Shown here piece after piece: positions 41,600 through 50,511 of a stretch of 64,000 nt of DNA. This stretch comes from Microcoleus sp. GTDB taxonomy: Bacteria > Cyanobacteriota > Cyanobacteriia > Cyanobacteriales > Microcoleaceae. A program made the position numbers and the translations under genes. The notes beneath the pieces were generated by a model. The model was not told where the DNA came from. It searched no databases and worked only from the letters and a program-made list of their open reading frames with translations. Position 1 is the first letter of the stretch, and the number at the start of each line of letters is the position of its first letter. The stretch is from assembly GCA_052279835.1 (NCBI GenBank), contig CP181291.1:6048001-6112000 (forward strand). Reading direction: 5' to 3'.

Positions 41600-43495
41600 C
41601 TATTTGTTGCCTTCAGTGAAGTCGGCATCAATTACATCGTCGCCGCCGCCAGTGGGGCCGCCGTCTCCAGGGCCACCAGGGCCACCAGGACCACCTGCTT
41701 GCTGGTACAGGTTGCTGCTAACAGCGTAGAATGCTTGTTGCAACTCGGTTGTGAGGGTTTTGATGCGATCGTCATCTTCGGTTGCGATCGCCTCGCGCAA
41801 GTCTTTGAGTAGCCCTTCAATCTTAGTTTTGTCAGCAGGGGGAACTTTATCACCCAATTCTGCCAACTGCTTCTCGATTTGATAGGCTTGAGAATCAGCT
41901 TGGTTTTTGCGATCGATCCGTTCGCGACGTTCTTTGTCAGCAGCCGCATTGGATTCGGCTTCCTTCACCATGCGCTCAACTTCATTGTTGGGCAAAGTGG
42001 AAGCACCAGTAATGCTAATAGATTGCTCCTTACCAGTACCTTTATCTTTAGCAGCTACATTCAAAATACCGTTAGCATCGATATCAAATGTAACTTCAAT
42101 TTGAGGGACGCCACGGGGAGCTGGGGGTACTCCATCTAAGCGGAATGTTCCCAAATCTTTGTTGTCGTTTGCCATTTCCCGTTCGCCTTGTAAAACGTGA
42201 ATTTCCACGTTAGTTTGGCCGTCTACAGCAGTCGAGAAAGTTTCTGACTTCTTAGTAGGAATAGTGGTGTTGCGGGGAATGATTTTGGTCATCACACCGC
42301 CCAAGGTTTCGACACCGAGGGACAGGGGAGTAACATCGAGCAACAGGATGTCTTTGACTTCGCCTGCGAGTACGCCTGCTTGAATGGCGGCACCAACTGC
42401 TACCACTTCATCCGGGTTTACCGTTTGGTTTGGGTCTTTGCCGAGGATTTTTTTGACCAGTTCTTGCACGGCTGGAATGCGTGTAGAACCGCCGACTAAG
42501 ACAACTTCATTAATGGCAGATTTGTCTAGTTTGGCGTCGCGAATTGCGTTTTCTACGGGGATTCGAGAGCGATCGATTAAATCCGAGCAGAGTTCTTCAA
42601 ACTTGGCGCGGGTCAAGGTAGTGTCCAAGTGTTTTGGCCCGTCTTGAGTCGCGGTAATAAATGGCAAGTTGATTTCTGCTTGGGTAACGCTAGACAGTTC
42701 TATCTTGGCTTTTTCTGCTGCTTCTGTCAGGCGTTGGAGTGCTTGTTTGTCTTTGCGGAGGTCAATGCCTTCGGCCCTTTGGAATTCTCCGGCGATGAAA
42801 TCCACAATTTTTTTGTCGAAGTCGTCACCACCAAGGTGAGTGTCTCCAGAAGTTGCCAATACTTCAAATACACCGTCGCCGACTTCCAGAATCGATACGT
42901 CGAAGGTACCGCCACCTAAGTCAAATACGAGGATGGTTTCGTTGCTCTTTTTATCTAACCCGTAGGCTAAAGCTGCTGCTGTAGGTTCGTTGATAATCCG
43001 CAGCACTTCAATCCCGGCAATTTTGCCAGCGTCTTTAGTAGCTTGGCGCTGGGAGTCGTTGAAGTAAGCGGGAACAGTAATTACTGCTTGGGTAACAGTT
43101 TCGCCTAGATATTTGCTGGCGTCTTCTACGAGTTTGCGCAGAACTTGGGCAGAAATTTCTTCTGGCGCAAATTGCTTGCCGCGGGCGGGACAGTCGAGTT
43201 TGAGGCTGTTTCCGACTTTGAGGACTTTATAGGAAACTTCTGTGGTTTCGTGGGTTACTTCGTCAACGCGGCGGCCGATGAACCGTTTTACTGAGTAAAA
43301 GGTGTTTTCGGCGTTCATCACGGCTTGACGCTTGGCGATTTGTCCGACAAGTTGATCGCCATTTTTGGTGAATGCTACGACGGAAGGTGTGGTGCGACCC
43401 CCTTCAGCGTTGGCAATGACGGTGGGTTTGCCGCCTTCCATAACTGCGACGCAGGAGTTTGTCGTACCTAGGTCAATTCCAACTACTTTTCCCAT
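41600..43495 (-). CDS. dnaK: Molecular chaperone DnaK (dnaK2-type)
   Basis: [25 protein letters not shown] and C-terminal DVIDADF. Confidence 0.98.
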   Translation of the reverse strand: MGKVVGIDLGTTNSCVAVMEGGKPTVIANAEGGRTTPSVVAFTKNGDQLVGQIAKRQAVMNAENTFYSVKRFIGRRVDEVTHETTEVSYKVLKVGNSLKLDCPARGKQFAPEEISAQVLRKLVEDASKYLGETVTQAVITVPAYFNDSQRQATKDAGKIAGIEVLRIINEPTAAALAYGLDKKSNETILVFDLGGGTFDVSILEVGDGVFEVLATSGDTHLGGDDFDKKIVDFIAGEFQRAEGIDLRKDKQALQRLTEAAEKAKIELSSVTQAEINLPFITATQDGPKHLDTTLTRAKFEELCSDLIDRSRIPVENAIRDAKLDKSAINEVVLVGGSTRIPAVQELVKKILGKDPNQTVNPDEVVAVGAAIQAGVLAGEVKDILLLDVTPLSLGVETLGGVMTKIIPRNTTIPTKKSETFSTAVDGQTNVEIHVLQGEREMANDNKDLGTFRLDGVPPAPRGVPQIEVTFDIDANGILNVAAKDKGTGKEQSISITGASTLPNNEVERMVKEAESNAAADKERRERIDRKNQADSQAYQIEKQLAELGDKVPPADKTKIEGLLKDLREAIATEDDDRIKTLTTELQQAFYAVSSNLYQQAGGPGGPGGPGDGGPTGGGDDVIDADFTEGNK

Positions 43496-43670
43496 AGGGG
43501 TGTTCCGGCTCCAATCTCTACAAAATTTTGGTTTTCTATCTGTGTGATAGTCTGGTTATTCAGGACTGCGATTTCACCTGGGTAGGTGTACGGATAGTGA
43601 GTCCTGCTTTAATACAGTCTTCGATAGGGTGATTATCTCTATACTGCGGGCGGTTAGACCTTGGGATGAA

Positions 43671-43686
43671 GGCGTGTTTACCGAAC
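43671..43686 (-). promoter_or_regulatory. K-box-like element upstream of dnaK
   Basis: Minus strand GTTCGGTAAACACGCC matches the GTTCGG-NNAN core of the cyanobacterial dnaK2/groE K-box. The 3' half matches imperfectly. Confidence 0.45.
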
Positions 43687-43992
43687 CTGTGAGGGACGGT
43701 TGCATTCATCGGCTTTGCAGCGCTACAGTTGTTGACTGCTTTTCTTTACTCTTCCTAATGTACGGGGTTTGAGCGATCGGGGTATTGTGGCAAACCGTAT
43801 AATTTTTGTTGTATTTGCCGTCTTTGTTGTATAAATTTTGTTTGGTTGCTAGAGGCGATCGCTTTTTTGGCTGTTCTGCCTGTGTTTGCTATAAACTTAG
43901 CGGCTGTTCATCTTTTACTTAGCGCATCGCAAAGAAGAGGAGTTAGAAAAGGGCGATCGCCCGTACCAACCAAAAAAGCGATCGCCTATTTT

Positions 43993-44172
43993 TCACGAAA
44001 GAGCGATCGCTCTTTTTTGCCGCAGATATATCACCCTTAATCCAAGTCTCAATGCAATATTTGCAGCACGGTTATTAGCATCATTGCTGACTATTAATAT
44101 GGGACGGCGTTTATCCATCTCGGAACCCACCGCAGGGCTGAGGTTTGCATAGTAAATTTCAACAGGTTTCAT
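43993..44172 (-). pseudogene. mazF: Truncated MazF/PemK toxin
   Basis: Manual translation MKPVEIYYANLSPAVGSEMDKRRPILIVSNDANNRAA, then runs into repeat DNA (59 aa, below the ORF-track cutoff). Confidence 0.82.
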
Positions 44173-44278
44173 CTGTCAGTCCATCTGCAACTGTCACGTC
44201 CGAATCCGGGTCATTTTCTAGAGATGCTTCTCGGTAGGCCGACTCTAGTTCCAAACGCCTCAATAACTTCAGTGCTAC
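44159..44278 (-). pseudogene. C-terminal fragment of a MazE-type antitoxin; 5' end replaced by a MITE
   Basis: Manual translation VALKLLRRLELESAYREASLENDPDSDVTVADGLTDETC*, overlapping the toxin start. Confidence 0.75.
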
Positions 44279-44280
44279 TT

Positions 44281-44454
44281 AGACATCTCCTAAAAAGCTT
44301 GTCAAGAACAGGCATCCTGCCTGTTCCACAATAATACCAATTTAAAAAAAGAATGCAACATTAGTCTTGTCCCTCCCCTTTATAAGGGGGGGTTAGGGAG
44401 GGTCAAAGATTATTGCACGATTTTAGAGAAATAGTATAATTATGGGAGATGTCT
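44281..44454. mobile_element. MITE (AGACATCTCC...GGAGATGTCT) with a second nested element at 44334-44437
   Basis: Perfect 10-bp terminal inverted repeats. A related element lacking the inner insert lies at 62831-62900. Confidence 0.7.
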
Positions 44455-44539
44455 CTTCTATTACTTGGGAGTCAGATTCGCATCCCTTGGCAATTTGGTA
44501 ACAAACCCGGTTTCGGACCGCCCGTGCGTCCAGGACTGT

Positions 44540-44788
44540 TCATGCAGCCTCGGTCAAAGTCCTGACACGCAAAACTTCATTAGACATCAACGGTTCAATT
44601 TGCGACTCAGCTAAGGTAATTACAGCTATAGTTTCACCTAAAGCATTAAAAACTTCGAGACTGTAGCCATCCTCATCGGGGTGGGGATGATGCTCAACAA
44701 TAGTGGCAATATCTCCTCGACAGAGTTTGTAGTTGGGTACATCTGTTCGTAATGCTACTCTTTTAAACAAGGGAAATTTCATTTTCAT
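44540..44788 (-). CDS. DUF4926 domain protein (putative antitoxin/immunity)
   Basis: RVAL..D.P...L.RGD.ATIV...GYSLEVFNALGETIAV. Confidence 0.85.
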   Translation of the reverse strand: MKMKFPLFKRVALRTDVPNYKLCRGDIATIVEHHPHPDEDGYSLEVFNALGETIAVITLAESQIEPLMSNEVLRVRTLTEAA

Positions 44789-45114
44789 ACCTCCTTATTG
44801 GGATATAGGGTAATAAACTTGGTTTTTTGGGATGGAAATTCAGTCATCCAAATAGTTACTACTGGCAGACCTCTTCCGTTAGGGCCAGTTAATATGCCAC
44901 GAATTTCATACTTATTACCATAGCGCGTTTCTTCGGTTGGTGTTGCATCCAGAGGCAAAATTTGTTCTCTTAAGTCTTTTTCTAGTTGTTGCCAGTTGTC
45001 TTGGGTATAGTTGGCTCGTGCAAGAAACAAAGATTTATCATCTTCTACTAAGAACTTGAGCAAGTATTGAGTTAGTTTTGCTTCAGCAATAATGGTATCA
45101 TCAGGTAGTTTCAC
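44785..45114 (-). CDS. DUF6883 domain protein (putative nuclease toxin)
   Basis: KL..YLL...DKS.FL...YG.KY...L.GPNG...VVTIW...FITLYP, with ATGA overlap into DUF4926. Confidence 0.82.
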   Translation of the reverse strand: MKLPDDTIIAEAKLTQYLLKFLVEDDKSLFLARANYTQDNWQQLEKDLREQILPLDATPTEETRYGNKYEIRGILTGPNGRGLPVVTIWMTEFPSQKTKFITLYPNKEV

Positions 45115-45370
45115 TTACTTGATTTTGTAAGATTAGTACGGTCAATTTAAAATTATATCTTATTTAAAGAGCGATCGCGCTTTTCCTCTAAAAAAGCGAT
45201 CGCAATATTTTCGTAACCAATCCTATCGCCCCGACATTGATATTGACATCAAAGGAATCGCTCTTTTTTTACCGCAGATAAACGTGGAGGAAAAAAGCGC
45301 GATCGTGCTCACTTGCGAACTTTGGCGAAGACTCGATCGGCCCTACAAATAAAAACCACAAAACTATTTG

Positions 45371-45616
45371 TTACTCATCCGTCACAGCCACCGCCAGGTG
45401 TTTTTCTAACCGTTCCCCTATCCATACTTTAATCAAAGATTCACTATTGACTCCTAATCGCCGAGCTTCCCGCTCAATTGCTTGTATCATCCATTTGGGA
45501 AACTCTATATTTAATTCCTGATTTTCCCATCCTGGTCGTCTAATATTAGTCAGATCGAAATACTCAAGAACGTTTTCATTGTTATCAAACTTTTCGTCTA
45601 ATTCTTTAGCTTTCAT
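45371..45616 (-). CDS. brnA: BrnA-type (CopG/RHH) antitoxin
   Basis: MKAKELDEKFD...N.EFP.WM...EARRLGV...LIKVWI.ERL, overlapping the toxin stop. Confidence 0.85.
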   Translation of the reverse strand: MKAKELDEKFDNNENVLEYFDLTNIRRPGWENQELNIEFPKWMIQAIEREARRLGVNSESLIKVWIGERLEKHLAVAVTDE

Positions 45617-45866
45617 ATAAATTTACCTCATTGGTGCGAGAACGTCTAACTGAGATGAGCCTTATTTTAGTCTGGCGATAGGTAATAATGGCAGACCAAT
45701 GTTTGTCACCGATTTTGCCGATGACCATAAATCTCGGTTCATCTTCGGTCTTTGCCGAAAGTTCAATCTTATTGGAATCGCTCCACAACTGCTGAGCTTC
45801 GACAAAATCTATTCCATGCTTTTCTTGATTTATTTTACTTTTGTTTTCGTCAAATTCAAACTCCAT
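45606..45866 (-). CDS. brnT: BrnT family toxin
   Basis: FEFDENKS..N.EKHGIDF...E.R...IRLISVRR. Confidence 0.9.
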   Translation of the reverse strand: MEFEFDENKSKINQEKHGIDFVEAQQLWSDSNKIELSAKTEDEPRFMVIGKIGDKHWSAIITYRQTKIRLISVRRSRTNEVNLYES

Positions 45867-46145
45867 AGTTGTTAACGATTTTAGCCAACAATATGACACA
45901 CTATTTGATTGAATCACAAGTTTTAGGAAATAGTGCTAATTATTCCATATTTCTTAATCTTTATCAATAACTGAATTTGGGGAATGCTTCGCCCCTACAT
46001 TGATATTGACATAAAGGCGATCGCCCTTTCCATCCAGAAAGGCGATCGATCTTTTTTTCACCGCAGATGCACGTAGATTGACGCGGATGGATGAAAGGGC
46101 GATCGTTATTTTACCAGGAATTTTATCCCACATTTTACCATCCAT

Positions 46146-46343
46146 GTAGGGGCGGGTTCACCTAGATATTTGACACCCATCGACAAATTATGTAAACCCG
46201 CCCCCACCCCACCCAGAAATCAAGAATTAATTGAATTTAACGGTGGCGCAGGGAGATTTTTTCGGGGTTATCGGTTGGGTGGGGGCGGGTTTATCAAGAT
46301 TATCGGTGGGTGGCAAAATTAATCGGCGAACCCGCCGCTACAG
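46146..46343. repeat. Inverted pair of about 60-bp REP-like units (GTAGGGGCGGGTT...AACCCGCCCCCAC), REPIN-like
   Basis: 46146-46207 resembles the reverse complement of 46279-46343. Confidence 0.75.
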
Positions 46344-46357
46344 ATTCTACTAATTCA

Positions 46358-47590
46358 TCAGGATTTCTTCCTTGTGAATGTAAAAGAACCTTCAGCCTTA
46401 GCTGATCCAGAACTATGGCTGCAAACCACTCGACCAGTTATTGTATTACGACCATCTTTAACACTGCTAATAGTTCCTGTGTGTTCACTTGTGAAACCTC
46501 CTTCTGTTGATCTGAGAGTAAATACCTTGCCTGATACTGTGCCACCTGCCGCAGATCCATATCCCTTGCTACCCGTAGTGCTTGACCATCCACCAAAATT
46601 ACCGGGTATGCTGATACTCTGTCTTGACTGAACCATAATAAATTCATTCGCTCCAAAAGAAGGTGCGCCTATTGAACCAGGATGGCATCCTGGTTCTCGA
46701 TCAGCGGTATAAAAAGGGTCTCTCTTCGCAGTCCAAGTTCCAGTTAAGCTGTAGTATGGGCCAAACTCCTTCCAGTAACCTCGCATTGGGACTCCTGGTA
46801 CGCCATCAAACGTTAAATCATGTGCTAAATTATCCCGTGCTTGTGTCCATTCTGCCTCACAATCAGACTTTACATTATCCCATGTATTATTACTAGGGTC
46901 TTCTTTCTTACGATTCCCATATCCATTGCACGCATAGCCTCTAGGGTGTGCCACGCAGCAATTGTCATGTGCCGTACTTCCTGGTGTGACATACATTTTA
47001 ACCATACACGTATCCTTGTTATAGCGGGGCGGATAGGAAGGGACACCCCCTTCGCACTGATTTCCATTTGCCTCAAAACATTTCTGCTCATCTCGACTTG
47101 TACCAACAGACGAAAAATCACATTTTTCAGTGAGAAGTAACGCCTCATTAGTAGCATTTTCAGTCGCTGAGTCAATGGCTCGATCAACATCAGGAGACGG
47201 AGGCGAAGGTCGAACGAGAGAAGGATCAATCCGTGAACCCGGATCATCAAACTCAGGACGCAACGGCTGATTCGGCCCCGGATTTTGAGGAAACGGCGGC
47301 GCTTGCGGATTACTCCCAGGCCGCACACTCGGTACATCATCAAACTCCCCCGGAGCTCGCTGCACTAACCAATCCGAAATATTCCTTTCCACAGCAGGCG
47401 GAGTTGCCGCCACCACCCGATCGGACGAATTAACTAAATTCACCGTGCAAATAGTAGAATTAAAACTAAAAACACTACAAAGTGCAGCCGATAAAGCCCG
47501 GTTGACAAACGTACCAGGAGCCAGCAAAGCACTCATTAAAACAGCAAAAAAACTGACAATACCCAGAGCAAAAATACGAATACGACGCAT
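46358..47590 (-). CDS. Secreted hypothetical protein: signal peptide, Pro-rich linker, Cys-rich domain, beta-rich C-terminus
   Basis: 410 aa, GAGG RBS, N-terminal MRRIR plus hydrophobic stretch. Confidence 0.8.
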   Translation of the reverse strand: MRRIRIFALGIVSFFAVLMSALLAPGTFVNRALSAALCSVFSFNSTICTVNLVNSSDRVVAATPPAVERNISDWLVQRAPGEFDDVPSVRPGSNPQAPPFPQNPGPNQPLRPEFDDPGSRIDPSLVRPSPPSPDVDRAIDSATENATNEALLLTEKCDFSSVGTSRDEQKCFEANGNQCEGGVPSYPPRYNKDTCMVKMYVTPGSTAHDNCCVAHPRGYACNGYGNRKKEDPSNNTWDNVKSDCEAEWTQARDNLAHDLTFDGVPGVPMRGYWKEFGPYYSLTGTWTAKRDPFYTADREPGCHPGSIGAPSFGANEFIMVQSRQSISIPGNFGGWSSTTGSKGYGSAAGGTVSGKVFTLRSTEGGFTSEHTGTISSVKDGRNTITGRVVCSHSSGSAKAEGSFTFTRKKS

Positions 47591-47669
47591 AATTTACCTC
47601 AATTCAATGATTAAATAATGTTCCAATTAACCCTGTAGGGCAGGGCAGGGCATCGCCCGCCCTACAAAT

Positions 47670-48569
47670 TTAAAATGGCAAAAGCCTCCGAATTCCCCTC
47701 TGAATCACATCCTTAACTATCTCTTTACCAAAATCTGCAAACCAACCCTGCGCCTCCCCAGGTTTTACCTCTTCCGCATCCGCATTTTCCGCAGGTTTCT
47801 CATCCACCTTCAACGCAGATTTTTCCATCCCCACCTGCGACATCATCCCCACAAAAGTATTAATCGGAATCGCTGAATTAAACCCCGTTTTTACTTCTTC
47901 TTGCCTTCCCCCAGCCTCATTTTGCACCCGCCCAACAGTATCTCCCTGTCCGTGAATTCCAATCACTCGGCCACTAACATCAAAAACAGGCCCGCCGCTC
48001 ATTCCCCGCCGCGTCACTGCGTCGTAACGCATCGTATATCCTTGATCGTTACTCGATCGCACATTCGTAACTTGCCCATTCGTAAACTGATATTCCCGTT
48101 CTTGACTCCCCACACCCGCAGGCAAAGGATACCCCGAAATATAAACCCCTGAACCGATCTCCGCTTCATCCGAATTACTAATCGGTGCAACTGAATATTC
48201 CTCGTCACTCTCAAACATCACAATTGCTAAATCAGGCCCGCTGTCATTATTCTGAAAACCTTTCACTTCCGTCACTTTATGCTCTTTCTTCTTAGAAGTA
48301 ACAATCACGTACTCGGAATTAGGATTTATCACCACATGATTCGCCGTCAACACCGTGTAAATCTTGCCTTTCTTAGCAATGATTACCCCCGATCCGCTTT
48401 TGTCAGTAGCTAGAGTATTATTAATTTGTACTGTAGTTGGAACGGCAATTCTAGCTACTTCTCTAGCCGTTTTTGCCATTGCGGGCTGACTGATAATAAT
48501 TGTTGCTACGACTGCCGTTCCTGCGACAATACCCGGAAGGTAATTAGACCGATTAAAACCTAAATTCAT
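47670..48569 (-). CDS. Trypsin-like (S1) serine protease
   Basis: TANHVV, DLA and GMSGGP triad, with signal peptide. Confidence 0.92.
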   Translation of the reverse strand: MNLGFNRSNYLPGIVAGTAVVATIIISQPAMAKTAREVARIAVPTTVQINNTLATDKSGSGVIIAKKGKIYTVLTANHVVINPNSEYVIVTSKKKEHKVTEVKGFQNNDSGPDLAIVMFESDEEYSVAPISNSDEAEIGSGVYISGYPLPAGVGSQEREYQFTNGQVTNVRSSNDQGYTMRYDAVTRRGMSGGPVFDVSGRVIGIHGQGDTVGRVQNEAGGRQEEVKTGFNSAIPINTFVGMMSQVGMEKSALKVDEKPAENADAEEVKPGEAQGWFADFGKEIVKDVIQRGIRRLLPF

Positions 48570-48624
48570 AAACTAACTCCGTTGATAAGGTCAAACTAAA
48601 TATCTTGCACTTTCTTACCGATCC

Positions 48625-48739
48625 GACAGGGATTAAAATCCCTGTCTCAAAGCTGAAGTCCACTTAAGTGGACTAACCGTAAAATTCAGTCCTCTTTAGA
48701 GGACTTTAGCTATTAGCCAGGGAATTCATTCCCTGGCGG
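48625..48739. repeat. Four-hairpin dispersed repeat element; supplies the stop codon of the upstream protease
   Basis: GACAGGGAT-TAAA-ATCCCTGTC, AGTCCACTTAAGTGGACT, AGTCCTCT-TT-AGAGGACT and GCCAGGGAAT-TC-ATTCCCTGGC. Confidence 0.8.
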
Positions 48740-49553
48740 ATGGCGGGTAATTCGACGATGAACTGTAAGACGAAACAAAACGCAAATAGGTACTAATCGG
48801 AATTCCCCAACTAGAATTAACCATTTGCTCTAACATTCTCCCTGACGGTTCTGTTCCATCTTCAAACGCATACACTCCAAAATCTGGGTCGCGATTTTTT
48901 ACCCGCCCATTAATGCCAATTAATAACCCCTGACTGTTAAAAATTGGCCCGCCGCTCATCCCGACAGCAATATCGTTCGTGTAACCCAAACGATAGCCTT
49001 GAGCGAGGGATTTTGGTGGTAGCACTGATACAACGCCTTGAGTAAACCGAAATGCCCGAATTCCTTGGTCGAATGTAGTTGTTGAACTACCTCCCCGATA
49101 CATCGGAAATCCTGCGGCAAATACAGGTTCTCCGACTGTTAATAAATCAGTGCTAATTCTGGTTACTTGATACTGAATGGAACTGCGAAATTGGACGATC
49201 GCCAGATCCGCATTTCCCAACTGCAACGGTGCTCTCAAAAGCCGATACCTCTGACCGTCAGGCGCAATCATGGTAAGCTGCTGGCTGAAAGCCACAACGT
49301 GCCAACTCGTCAGCACCGTATAAACTTGCCCCTGTCGCCGGACGATCGCCCCTGAACCAGAAGCATTCGGTGTTAAAATTCGCACCGTCATCAACCTCGC
49401 CAAGCGCTCAATATAAGCAGTTTGACTATCAGCAACCCCATAATTTCTCATCACAGGTTGAGCGGCGATTCTTACTGGAAAAAGACTCGCCGCGATCGCA
49501 CAAATTGCCACCATGCGTAGCAAATTGCTCACCTTAAAGCTCCCGCATTCCAC
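48726..49553 (-). CDS. Trypsin-like (S1) serine protease (true start probably 49532 or 49514)
   Basis: TSWHVV, DLA and GMSGGP. Confidence 0.9.
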   Translation of the reverse strand: MECGSFKVSNLLRMVAICAIAASLFPVRIAAQPVMRNYGVADSQTAYIERLARLMTVRILTPNASGSGAIVRRQGQVYTVLTSWHVVAFSQQLTMIAPDGQRYRLLRAPLQLGNADLAIVQFRSSIQYQVTRISTDLLTVGEPVFAAGFPMYRGGSSTTTFDQGIRAFRFTQGVVSVLPPKSLAQGYRLGYTNDIAVGMSGGPIFNSQGLLIGINGRVKNRDPDFGVYAFEDGTEPSGRMLEQMVNSSWGIPISTYLRFVSSYSSSSNYPPSARE

Positions 49554-50145
49554 CGCCAGTGGGCTGTTGAGGTACCGGCTGATTGTTAGTCGGTGCCGGC
49601 CGATTATTAGCCGGTGCAGGAGGCGCTACAGAGTTGCCACCTTCCTCCCCTAATCGTGGGCGCGCGTCAATGTAGGGCATCGCATCGCTTTCAGACAGGG
49701 AAGGTACACCCGCTTGTCCCTCCCGCAACCCCATGAATTGATACAATGTGCGAACCGAGTCTTGACCTGGTTTGAGTGTATAAATCAAGCCGTCGCAGCG
49801 CCCGTTGACTTGGCTAGCGGTGCAAATCACTCGCTGTCCGTTCATGTAGCCAACTGTCACAAACTTTAGCTGTTTGTTCTGGCGGTAGGTTTCCAAGCGC
49901 CCGCTGACTTCCCGACAGCGCGTCATGGGATCGTAGCCAGAGTCGCGGAAGTAGTCGGAAACCCAGTTAATCCAAACCTCCCGTACCCCTTGGCGGTTTT
50001 GGTATACCGTCGCGGGTGAACCGGAGGAAGCATCGCACATAAAGCCTGACGGTGATTGGCTTTGGCTTGGTTTAGCACTGAAAGCTAGGCTGCCGATCGC
50101 GATCGCGCCCATTACCACACCAGTCATTGATTGCCATCGGATCAT
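49534..50145 (-). CDS. COP23 (circadian oscillating protein) domain secreted protein
   Basis: Signal peptide, F.C...I.W.S.YF..SGY.P..RC.EVS.R...G.MNGQ.VIC...LIYTLKP. Confidence 0.88.
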   Translation of the reverse strand: MIRWQSMTGVVMGAIAIGSLAFSAKPSQSQSPSGFMCDASSGSPATVYQNRQGVREVWINWVSDYFRDSGYDPMTRCREVSGRLETYRQNKQLKFVTVGYMNGQRVICTASQVNGRCDGLIYTLKPGQDSVRTLYQFMGLREGQAGVPSLSESDAMPYIDARPRLGEEGGNSVAPPAPANNRPAPTNNQPVPQQPTGGGMREL

Positions 50146-50511
50146 TGTTAGTAACCTCTCTTAAAAAACTAATTGTTTGCCAAAAACATAAAGCCAGAAA
50201 ACAGAAGATCGCAATTCATGCAACCTTCACCACTTCGCCAGCCCCGCGAAAATCACATCCGTCCCGAACTAGGTTTTGTGTTTATTATGAAAGATTCAAA
50301 CTTTAAAGCTGCCAGCCCTCACAGCCGTACAGCACAGATTTACTTTTGCTTTATTCACCTTGACAATATAATTTACACTATTCTCCTGTACTTGTCAACA
50401 TCCTACAGGGATAAATAATATCATGTCCGGTCGATCGTCAGTTCCAAACAACCTGTTGAAATCGAAATAATCAATATCTGACGCACCCTACAACTGACGC
50501 AACCTATAAGT

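Noticed and set aside
43948..46107. Classical integron
   Set aside because: No tyrosine recombinase is in the window and I could not identify attC-type core sites. Kept only as a cassette-like hypothesis.
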